Program-made: the position numbers and the translations under genes
NCBI GenBank assembly: GCA_030324005.1
Contig: JARDVH010000001.1
Location: 121,675,465-121,739,464 of the forward strand
DNA from: Negaprion brevirostris
Lineage: Eukaryota
Length of the DNA: 64,000 nt
Direction: 5' to 3'
The notes under the pieces: generated by a model
Told to the model about the DNA's origin: nothing
The model's database searches: none
What the model saw: only the letters and a program-made list of their open reading frames with translations
Shown: piece after piece, positions 35,901 to 47,900 of the stretch
Position numbering within the stretch: the stretch's first letter is position 1
Layout of the letters: every line of letters starts with the position of its first letter

Positions 35901-38900
35901 TGTTCTCACAACGCCAGGTTAAAGTCCACCAGGTTTATGTGGTAGTATGAGCTTTTGGAGCACGGCTCCTGCATCACTCACCTGATGAAGGAGCGTGCTC
36001 CTAAAGCTTGTGCTATCAAATAAGTCTGTTGGATGATAACCTGGTGTTGAGAGACTTCTTACTGTGCCCACCCCACTCCAACGCCGGCATCTCCACATCA
36101 TAGATCACTATTAATACCTCCTGTCAGCAAGTAGAGTACAGGACATAAAAGTAAGTAAGGAAAAGTAGTGGTCCTCAAAATGACCTCCATGGGATCCACT
36201 CTACTTCCCCGATCCAGTCCAAAACATAACTATTCACCTCTACTTTCAGTTTCTGGCCACTCAGCCAATTTTGCATCATGCTGCCGGTTCATTCTTTGGG
36301 CTGCAACTTTGTTGGCAAGGTTATGTGAAACTTGCCTTTAAGAAGCTCAAATCAACTGCATTACACTCACCAACCTTCTGTGGGCAGTACTGAATGACAA
36401 TGGGGTTTGGCAAGGGCCCAGAGTCATCTCTTAGAGAAGGGTCACCAACCTATGTGCCACTCATGCACTTAACTAGACAGCCAGCCAGGACAAGGGTTTG
36501 GTTCTCAATAGGACCCACCTTCCTGAAGCCAGTAAGGCACCAAAGTGTCTACCCAGAGTACTCAAGAAAGTGGCCTGAGAAACACTGGACACATTGGTGG
36601 TCATTTGGCAAGAGTCGATAGACTCTAGGACAGTTCCTACAGATTGGAGGGTAGCTAATGTAACCCCACTATCATGAAATATGCACTAGTTGAGTTCAGA
36701 ATTTCTCTACATTTTAAATCAATTTGTACTGCGTAAGCTGCAAGATGAACTGGGTGAGGCTATGATAGATGCTGCTATGAATGCAGGTACTTTCTCTTAA
36801 GCATCCGAGAACCAAAAATCTGAAACAGGAGACTTTTATACCATTAGCCCGAGATAGATTCAAAAATGTTATTTACAGAATTAGGAAAGGCAATTTCAAC
36901 TAACTGACAATCTAATCCATTTTTCTGACATTTCAAATGTCTTGGCACCAACATTTTGCTGATCACTAACTGGGTACTTCAGTCACTTCAAACAGCAAAG
37001 TGAGTTACTTTGCATGCTATTTAAACACAGTGGTAAACACTCCCTAATTCACAGTTTGCTGACTTCTGCTACTATCACCTGAACCTAAGATCAAGTGTAG
37101 TTTTGTTGTCCCGCATTTGTTTGCAGTCATGAGGTTACACTGAGGCTTCATTTGAAGCCACTTTTTAAAGCAGCATCTCAGCCTTTTGGCAAATGGGACC
37201 AAGCCTTGATGGAGGTGCAATGCCTGTACCAATCAGCTTGGATCACGTAGATTAAGTCCAAAACAGGAAGTGGCCAGCCTGTCTTGGGAATGTCTCACTT
37301 GCTGAGACTTGGAATTGGACTTCAATTGGATTGAATTGGATATAAACAAAAAACTTACACAATGCTGATCTCATGTGAAGAATTAGCTTCCAGTACGAAT
37401 GATTCACATTTTAGAATTTGAAACCCAAATCCTTGACATTTGTATCCATTAATGCTCATCGAAATCACTGTGACTTTCAGTGGTCCAATGTTTTCAACCT
37501 TAAAATTCTTTCTGATGGCCAAGTTGAGTTCACTTCCTTTTGACTCTGAAATCAAGAGAATTTAGTAACTACAGTATTCTCAGATATCTGACAAACATCA
37601 CCAAATGACATTCGAGAAGCTCAGGTCAATACCAAGATGGAAGCCATTTGAGCTTTTATGACATCTGTTAAGAGTTGTCATGAGATGTTAAGTGATAGTG
37701 AGCACGCTGATGTTCAACGTTGAATAAAAAGACCTCTGTGCTCTCCATAAAGCCGATGGGTTGTAGCAGAACTGCTCCATGTTCCTTGAACATGGCAAAA
37801 GCCTACTACAAGGGAACCCAGTGTATCAGGCCTCTCCTGTTATACACCCATCAAATTTCATTGGCATGGGTCTAATGAAATGGGCACCCAAGTCTTAGCT
37901 ATAGCTCAATGGTAGCACTCCTAAATGGGAAGGTTTTAGGTTCAAAAGTCATTATAGAGAACTAGAATCATGGAGTCCTACAGTGCAGAAGGAGGCCATT
38001 TAACTCACTAACACAGCATCTTACACAGGCCCACTCCTACCCTATCCATGTATTTATCCCGCTAATCTTAACATCTTGTGTCACTAGGGGGTAATTTAGC
38101 ATAACCAATCCAGCTAATCTGCACATCTTTGGACTGTGGAAGGAAACTGGAGCACCTAGAGGAAACCCATGTAGATAGTCACCTAAGACTGGAAATGAAC
38201 CCGGGTCCCTGGCTCTGAGAGGCAGCAGTGCTAACTGTTTTGCCAACTGGGAACAGGAGTTTATATTTCTCACCGCTATTACCACTGCTCCTTCTGGCTT
38301 CCCAGCCTGATCCTCCAGCAATCCATGAACATTTAGTATTACTTCTTTGCTTTTGTATTCTGTGCTTCTATTAATAAAGCCAAGGATCCTATATCTTTTT
38401 AAAATAAGCTTCCATTCAATTTATTCTGCTATCTGCAAAGGTTTGTGTACCTACAGCTCCAGGTGTCTGTTCCTGCACCCTTCCCCCTTTAAAACTGCAT
38501 TTGTTTATATTGGCTCTTCTTATGCTTCCTCCCAAATGAATCACTTCACACATCTCTGCACTAAATTTTATCTGATTTGTACCTGTGAATTTAACCAGTC
38601 AATACCTGTCTGAACTTTGTTACCATCCTCCTCATTATTTAATGCATTTCTGAATTTTAGGTCATCTGCAAACTTTTAAATTATGCCATCTACCCAAGTC
38701 CAGATCATGAATATACAACAAAAGGAGAGCAGCTGTCCTAGTAACAATTTTTGGGAACACCATACAATTAATTCCCTCTAGTTTGAAAAACAACCAACCA
38801 TTCATCACTATTCCACCATGTATCCCTTTGCTAATTTTGTATCCATGCTCCCACTATCCTTTTTATTTCGTGAACAAGTCAAATCTGTGGTTTTTTGTCA

Positions 38901-41900
38901 AACACTTTTTGAAAGTCAGTATAAATAACATCAATTCTCTTTGTTACTTCAAAGAACACAAACTCACTCAATTTAGTCAAGCATAATTTGCCTTAGATAA
39001 GTGCTGACTTTCATATATTAACCTAGACTTATTCCAAATGCCAATGTGCACAGGTTAGGNNNNNNNNNNTTTCCCCACAACCACAATTGGCCTTACTGGC
39101 CTGTAGTAATACATGCATCCATCTTCTTTTTGTAAAAAAAATGAGATGAGATTGGCAATCCTTCTGTCGTTTGATCGGCCCATAACATTGGAAGACTTTG
39201 ACCAAAGCCTTCACAATTTCTACTTGAGTGGATAATCTAAAAGAGTGCTGTATTGTCAGAGATGCTGTCTTTCAGGTGACACATTAAACAAAGACCTACA
39301 GGTGCCAGACAACTTGTCTTTTAAAAGCATTTTTGCGGGCTTTTTGTATCTACCNNNNNNNNNNNNNNNNNNNNNNNNNNNNNNNNNNNNNNNNNNNNNN
39401 NNNNNNNNNNNNNNNNNNNNNNNNNNNNNNNNNNNNNNNNNNNNNNNNNNNNNNTTATGGGGAGAGGGCTGGAATGTGGAACTGAGCCACAACAGATCAG
39501 CCATGATCTTATTGAATGGCGGGACAGGCTCAAAGGGCTACATAGCCTACTCCTGCTCCTATTTCTTATGTTCTTATTATATCTTGACACACTTCCTTCC
39601 TCCTGCTGGTTTAAAATTTATTTATTAGTGTTACATGTAAGCTTACATTAACACTGCAATTAAGTTAGAGAAAATCCCGTAGTCGCCACATTCCGGCACC
39701 TGTTTGGGTACACTGAGGGAGAATTTAGCATAGCCAATGTACCCAACTAGCATGTCTTTTGGACTGTGGGAGAAAACCAAAGCACCCAGGCAAAACCCAC
39801 ACAGACACAGGGAGAACATGCAAACTCTGCACAGACAGTGACTCAAACTAGAAATCGAACCCAGATCCCTGGCACTGAGGCCACAATGGTAACCACTGTG
39901 CCACTACAACCAGACCTCCAAAGTAGTCATCTAAAATTGGGGCAATGGTGAGGAGTGGGTGGGGGAGTTCATTTACACATTTCTTCTATCTGCCATTTGC
40001 ACTCTGCAATCAAGTAAAGGCAAAGTCTATCTTCTTTTTCTGAGATGCACAATGCTTTTAATTGGCATCGATGCCTGATTTATGACTATCCAATCAACTG
40101 CTAATGAATAGTAGCTTGTTTAATCTCAATCAGAGCACGTGGAGTCATGGAACAAGTCACAAAATAGTAGCAAACTGGCTACAAAACAGAATACAGCAGG
40201 GGTTACTCAGTTAGGAATCAATGAAACCAGCTGATTTCAAGCTTTTCTATATAGTTAGCATTTGGCACATACTGACACACACACCATGTACATACTGACT
40301 GTTCTACAGACCTCCTCTCAGTTTTAGCTTCCAATAGATAGTATCAACTATCAGCAGGTAAAAAAAAAGTCATCACAACAAAGTCCAATGGCCCAATTTG
40401 AAACTTTAGGATATGGAGAAATCTAAGTTTGAATAATAGACTGCAACTGAAACAAGCCCCAACAAACATTGCTCAACTTACGAAAGAAAAGCGTTCAAAG
40501 AATATGTCAGAGTATTTTGACTTAAACTGCACAAGCTTCACTGTTGAATTATACTAATAATGCAGGAAGCTATAACAGGCTAACAGATTTAAAAAGGCGA
40601 CTTTTATGACATCAGGATGGGTAACCAAACAATAAATGTCAACATTCAGCTCTGATTAATCAAAACTAGTTTTAACTTTTGCTTCAGATACCTACTGCCT
40701 CTACATTCCATTAGTGTGGATTCGGGCACCTTAAACCGCAGTGAGCCCGCTGCTCCGGGCAGTTTTCCTCCCACTTTCAGGACTTCATTAGCTCCAAAAC
40801 CTTCCACTGTCAGTACATCAAGTACAGTAAGATTGTTCCTTTAAAAATAAATAGTATGATCTCATGTAGTAGCAATTTTGGATCACTCAAAATAAAAACC
40901 AAATGTTTGCATCATACAAAGAAAAATTCTAAAAACCATTGTTTAATTCAGGAACTGACACCAAGGGCCCAATTTTACCATCAAGTTGCACTCGTTTTTG
41001 GACGTGAAAATTTGGTAAAGTCGGGCGTGAGGTGAGTAGTGCGATCCGCGCCCTCCTCTGCGCCGGTTCCTCCTCTGCCAAGGCCTGAAAATGGCTTTCT
41101 GGTGGGGGTGGGGAATGGCAGATGGCTCTCTGTGAGGGGGGAGGTTGTTGGTGGAAGGGAGGCAGGTCACATGGCTCTCTGACTCAGATAGAGGGGGAGA
41201 AGGTGGTCTGTAATTGGTCTGGGTAGCAAGGGGATATGGGGTTCAGTTATGTTGTGGGGTGGGGCAATGTCGGTGAGGGCCAGGGAGAGGCATTATCTGG
41301 CCTGGGAGCAATGTGGAAGGGGAGCTTTTCTTTGTCTTTTTTTTGCTGCTATGCGCAGTTGAAGGCTCCGACCAGAATGCAGAGTTTCTGGCACGATAAG
41401 CCCCACCCACAGGCTTCTGCTGATTGCCCCTAAGGCTTGTCCACAATAGGTCCTGCCTTCTTGCCATGGGACTTTGTCCCTTGGCAGTGCAAAGGGGCAC
41501 ATGCTGGCACTGCCAGGGTGTCCATGCCCAGGGGCCACTACCCCAGCCTACCGCCCAACCTCCTGGAGAGCTCCCGGTTGCCCCCCTCTTCATTTTGGTG
41601 AGTCTCATGCTAGTTCGAACTCCACCAAAATGAAGTATTCCTGGTGGGATAGGAAATTCAAATCAGGACCGGTAAGTTACATTGAAAACATATTTAAGGT
41701 ATATTCAAAACAGATTCAAATTACTTACCTGCCTTCCAGCATGGTCTAACTGGTGATTGTTCACCGGCTCTAGGAGATGCACATGCTTTCCTGGCGCATG
41801 TGCAAATCCCAAAACAAAGCCAGCGACGCACATCTCCCACACCGACCCGCCAGAAAAGTTGCAGGTTGCAATGGGAGAATCGCAGCCTGTATTTCCACTC

Positions 41901-44900
41901 AGTTAGTCTAGCAGCTACATCATATTTGGTTCCGCTGATAGAATACAATTCTAACCGGCATTTTATACACTCTAAATTGAGCAACCTGTTGCAAACTTAT
42001 CCACACCACAACACATCAGAAAGAGACAGACTTACAATATGATGTAATGTAGCATTACCATAGATACTTAAAGCATCTGCAGTGATTCACTCAAAATTAA
42101 GTATTTAGTTTTTTTTCTATAGGATAAATTTTACCTTATCAATATGAGCGATGTCACTAGACTGTGGCTTACTGGTGTGAACTCAACACCAATCTTCCTC
42201 ATTTCTCGAGGCTGTAAAGTCAGCTGAAGAATCCCAGCACTTGGACTGTTGCTGAATTTCATCTGTTTGTAACTCTCTGTGCACTATTTTATTACAAACA
42301 TCACAAAATTACTTTTTTCCAGACCATGATGGAAGAGTCTGCTTCACTTAAGAATATTAGTATTCTATTCATCATATCAAACCAGTGATTGGAGTTGTCA
42401 GTCATCTATATTTATATACCTTTGAATATGCTACAATAATTAAGGAAAACTTGCTGAGGCATTTTAAACGTGTATGGTTCCCATTGGCGATTCTCATGCA
42501 CATCAGGTCTTTAACTATCAAGCAAGAAGGAAGAAAGTAGTAAACAAAAAAAAACAAACAGTATCATGCCTCAGGAGGGGAAAGAAAATTGGAGATCAAA
42601 TCATTGGTATGAATTTTGCTTGCAGCATTGAAGAAATGGTGCTTGCTATTCACCTCTGATAGCTGCGCACTAGTCAATGGAAATTTCCTCTAACCTAGCA
42701 TCTTTCCAGGCATGGGACACTCTACAGATCTGTAGCATCTATGAACCAGACAAGTAACAAAAAAAAAAAGGCTTTTCAACCAACCAAACAAGTTTGCTCA
42801 CTTAGACACGCAGAGTCCAAAGCAGAAGTACAAAACAGGAAATGTAAATTAGATTTAAATGATCTACAGATAGGAAATGAATATTGGGAAATAGCATTGA
42901 GAGATAAAGTGACAAAATGTAAAAGTAAAAGCCACTGTAATGAAAATAGAAAATGCTGGAAATACTCTGGTGAAACAATGTCTGTGGAAAGAGATGTGGA
43001 GATGCCAGCGTTGGATTGGGGTAAACACAGTAAGAAGTCTCAAAACACCAGGTTAAAGTCCAACAGGTTTATTTGGTAGCAAATGCCACTAGCTTTCAGA
43101 GCACTGCTCCTTCGTCAGGTATGTAGGAGTTCTTTTCACAAACAGGGCATATTAAGACAAACACAATTTATAGAATAATGACTGGAATGCGTGACTTTAC
43201 AGCTAAATCAAGTCTTAAAAAGGTACAGACAATGTGAGTGGAGAGAGCATTAAATACATGTTAAAGAGATGTGTATTGTCTCCAGACAGGACAGTGAGAT
43301 TTGGCAAGTCCAGGCAAGTTGTGGGGGTTACAGATAGCTTGACATGAACCCAAGATCTCGGTTGAAGCCGTCCTCATGTGCAGAACTTGGCTATCAGTCT
43401 CTGTTCAGCAACTCTGCACTGCCGTGTGTTGTGAAGGCCACCTTGGAGAACGCTTACCCGAAGATCAGAGGCTGAATGCCCATGACCGCTGAAGTGTTCA
43501 CCAACAGGAAGGGAACAGTTTTGCCTCGTGATTGTCAAGCAGTGTTCATTCATCCGTTGTCGCAACATCTGCACGCACCATGCCTTGGGACATCCTTTCC
43601 GCAACGTATCAGGTAGACAGCATTGTCCGAGTTCCAAAAGTATGTACCGTGTGCCTGGTGGATGGTGTTTTCATGTGAGATGATGGCATCCATGACGATG
43701 ATCCGGCATGTCTTGCAGAGGCTGCTGTGGCAGGGTTGTGTGGTGTTTTGGTCACTGTTCTCCTGGAGGCTGGGTAGTTTGCTGCGAACAATGGACTGTT
43801 TGAGGTTGTGCGGTTGTCTGAAGGCAAGTACTGTGGATGTGGGGACGACCTTGGCGAGATGCTCGTCTTCATCAATGACATGTTGAAGGCTCTGGATGAC
43901 AAAGGGTACTCTGTCTACCATATCCCATATTTGTCTTCTGAGGAGGTCAGCTGTGGCACGTCAGAACTGTCAATTGGCCTCTGATCTTCGGGTAAGCATT
44001 CTCCAAGGCTGCCTTCACGACGCACGACAGTGCAAGGTCACTGAGCAGAGACTGATAGCCAAGTTCTGCACACAATAGGGCGGCGTCAACTGTGATCTTG
44101 GGTTCATGTCACACTATCTGTAACCCCCATGACTTGCAAAATCTCACTAACTGTCCTGTCTAGAGACAATTCACATCTCTTTAACCTGTGCTTAATGCTA
44201 TCTCCACTCACATTGTCTATGCCTTTAAGACTTGATTAGCTGTAACGACTGGCATTCCAATCATTATTCTGTAAATTGAATTTTTGTCTTTATATGCCCT
44301 GTTTGTGAACAGATCTCTCACTCACCTGATGAAGGAGCAGCGCTCCAAAAGCTAGTGGTGTTTGCTACCAAATGAACCTGTTGTATGTTAAACTGGTGTT
44401 GTGAGGCTTCTTACTGTGTTATCCGAAAACATACAGAATTGTGGTGACTGTTCACCACATGTTCCCCCACTGCAACTTTGATGGCCAGGCTTATTCCCCA
44501 ATGCCAGGTTCAGTAAAGCCCCCTCTCTAGTTAGACTATCTACACATTGTTCCAAAAAACCTTTCTGGACAAACTTAACAAATTCCCCACCATCCGTACC
44601 CTAAGCGCTAAGCTATTTCCAGTCAATATGAGGAAAATTAAAGTCTCTCACTGCAACAATCCTATTATTTCTACATCTGTCCAGAATCTGCTTACATATC
44701 TGTGGGGTGGCACGGTAGCACAGTGGTTAGCACTGCTACTCCACAGTTCCAGAGAATCTGGGTTCGATTCCTGGCTTGGGTCACTGTCTGTGTGGAGTTT
44801 GCACATTCTCCTCGTGTCTGCGTGGGTTTCCTCCAAGTGCTCCGGTTTCCTCCCACAGTCCAAAGACGTGCAGGTTAGGTTGATTGGCCATGCTAAAATT

Positions 44901-47900
44901 GCCCCTTAGTGTCCTGAGGTGCGTAGGCTAGGGGGATTAGCAGGTAAAATATGTAGGGATATGGGGGTGGGATCGTGGTCAGTGTAGACTCAATGGGTCG
45001 AATGGCCTCTTTCTGCACTGTAGGGTTTCTATGATTCTGTATCTATTTTTCAGCTTCCCATGGGCTGTTGGGAGGCCCTGTAGTACACCTCCATGTGACC
45101 CTCGGTATGGTTGGCCCAGTTAAAATGCTTCATTTTAAGGTATTTCTGCATAATGTAACTAATTGTGTTATGCTTTAAGCCAACTGAAGCTAATTTGGCC
45201 ACACCAGCTTGGAATTCTGGGTCCAGCCTAGCAACTTAGCTGAATTGTCTGAAAGTACAATGGAAAGTAAGCAGAAGCTTTCTCCTGGTATCCATCCTGC
45301 CAAGTCCCCTCAGGATTTTATATCCTTCAATAAGATCACATCCCAACCTTCTAAACTTACAGATCCAAACTGTCCAACCTTTCCTCATAAGATACCCACC
45401 CAGGTATCAGTCAAGTGAGCCTTTTCTGATCTGCTTCTAATGTATTTATATCCTTTCTTAGATAAGAAGACAAAAACTGTCTACAGGATTCCAGATGAGG
45501 TCTCACCAGAACCCTGTATAACAGAAATAAAACATTCCTACTTTTATATGCATCCCCTTTGCAATAAACATTTTATTTGACTTCCTGGCCATTTGCTGTA
45601 CCTTCAAACTAACTTTTCCTGATTCATGTACCAGGACACCCAGATCCCTCTATCCAGCAGGGTTCTGCAATCTCCTGTTCAAATAACATTGTTTTTTATT
45701 CTTCCTGCCAAAATGGATATTTTTCCACATTATACTACATCAGCCAAATTTTTGCCCACTCATTTAACCCACCAATGTCTTTTTGCAGACACCTTACATC
45801 CTCCTCACAATCTATTTTCTTATTCATCTTACAATACATACATACAATACAGAGGTAGCAGACAAAAGGCAGGGAATTATAGGCCAGTTAGTTTAACATC
45901 TGTGGTTGGAAAAATGCTTGAATCTGTCATCAAAGAAGAAATAGTGAGGCACCTAGAAAAGAATGGTTTGATAGAGCAGACGCAGCACGGATTCGTTAAG
46001 GGGAAGTCGTGTTTGACAAATTNNNNNNNNNNNNNNNNNNNNNNNNNNNNNNNNNNNNNNNNNNNNNNNNNNNNNNNNNNNNNNNNNNNNNNNNNNNNNN
46101 NNNNNNNNNNNNNNNNNNNNNNGGCAATAAGTGGGGGTGGGGGGATGGCCTTGGTGAGATGTTTGTCTTCATCAATGAAATGTTGAAGGCTCCGGAGGAG
46201 ATGTCATAGCTTCTTCGCTCTGGGGAAGTACTGGATGACGAAGGGTACTCTGTCCACCATGTCCTGTGTTTGTCTTCTGAGGTGGTCAGTGCAGGAAAGG
46301 ATGTCCCGAGGCATGGTACATTGGGGAGACCATGCAGGCGCTACGACATTGGACGAATGAACACCGCTCGACAATCATCAAGCAAGACTGTTCTCTTCCA
46401 GTTGGGGAACACTTCAGCGGTCACAGGCATTCAGCCTCTGATCTTTGGGTAAGCGTTCTCCAAGGAATCCTTCCTGATACATGACAGCACAGAGTCACTG
46501 AGCAGACACTGATATCCAAGTTCTGCATACATGAGGACTCAATCAGGATCATGTCACACTATCTGTAATCCCACGACTTGCAAAATCTCACTAACTGTCT
46601 TGTCTGGAGACAATAACCTGTGTTTAATGTTCTCTCCACTCACATTGTCTATACCTTTAAGCCTTGATTAGCTGCAAAGACTCGCATTCCAATCATTATT
46701 TTGTAAATTGAGTTTGTGTCTTTATATACCCTGTTTGTGGAAAGAACTCCCACTCACCTGACAAAGGAGCAGCCCTCCAAAAGCTAGTGGTGTTTGCTAC
46801 CAAATAAACCTGATGAACTTTAATCTGGTGTTTGAGACTTCTTATTGTGGAATGAGAAACAGGGCTAACTTTTCATGTGATCACCCACCATCAGAACTAA
46901 GTTAAACATTTTAAACCTATTTAATACTAATTTTCTTCTGAGGGAATTAGATTCTACATTTGTAAAATTATTTTTCAAGGCTCGAGAAGTTGTTCATCAG
47001 CAATGAGCATTTACCATGCTGTTAAAACCCAACTTTCTACCAAATGCACTGGCCTAATTTGTACTGGTTTTAGTGCAGTGCCAGTGGGCAAATACCACAA
47101 GTTCATGCCATTGCTGTCATGTCAGTGCTGAGTCCATTGGTGAGAAACAAAAGTACAGCCAGTGGTGGAACACTGCATCTCTACCAGCAATTCCACATTT
47201 AATTGAACACATTTGTACTCCAGAAATTGTTGCCAGATTTCATCCATTGTATTGATGAGTGCCAATAGCTTCACTCTTATATTCATTGCAAATTTCAGGT
47301 TACTTGTTCATATCCACTCCGAGGAACCAATTTTAAGGCAGCTTTATTATAGATCATGGAACATTTTTCCATGATTATTTTTGTATGGAGGAAGTTTAAA
47401 TGTTATATTGAACAGATGCTTCATTCATTTAATTACCACACTCCGCATCACAATGCTGCATTTATCACACCAAGTGTTTATTAGGAAAATATAGGGAATT
47501 GAACTTGCCTTACTGTCAGGGAGCTTTACCAATCTAAATTCGTTTGCTGTGATACTAATATCTTGTCTCCTTAGCTTGTACCTTAAAAAAAAATAACTAA
47601 ATTACTTGCCAAACTCAAACAAAATTGTTGGTTAAAATTACTTGCAGTTACAGGCTTACATTAATGAGAGAGGGCATATAAAATTCTGTTTCCCTGATTA
47701 TCTGTATTGTCGCCACATTATTAATAATAATCAATATCAATTGCTACTTCAGAATACCTGAAAAACCATTGACTCTACTTACAGGCATTGGTTTTGCCAC
47801 ATTATTTAAACTGGCTCAAAACAATGAATCAAGGCAGTGTCAAGTTTTGTTTGAAGACAAATATTAACTCTCAAGAACTGAGATGGCAAACACAGCATGT

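Noticed and set aside
40482-40553. Exon-like segment ending TTC|gtaagt ([13 protein letters not shown]...)
   Set aside because: Incompatible with the phase-1 intron and has no TMEM131L homology. Exons E and F join directly.
44703-44780. tRNA-like A/B boxes
   Set aside because: These are SINE heads, not tRNA genes.
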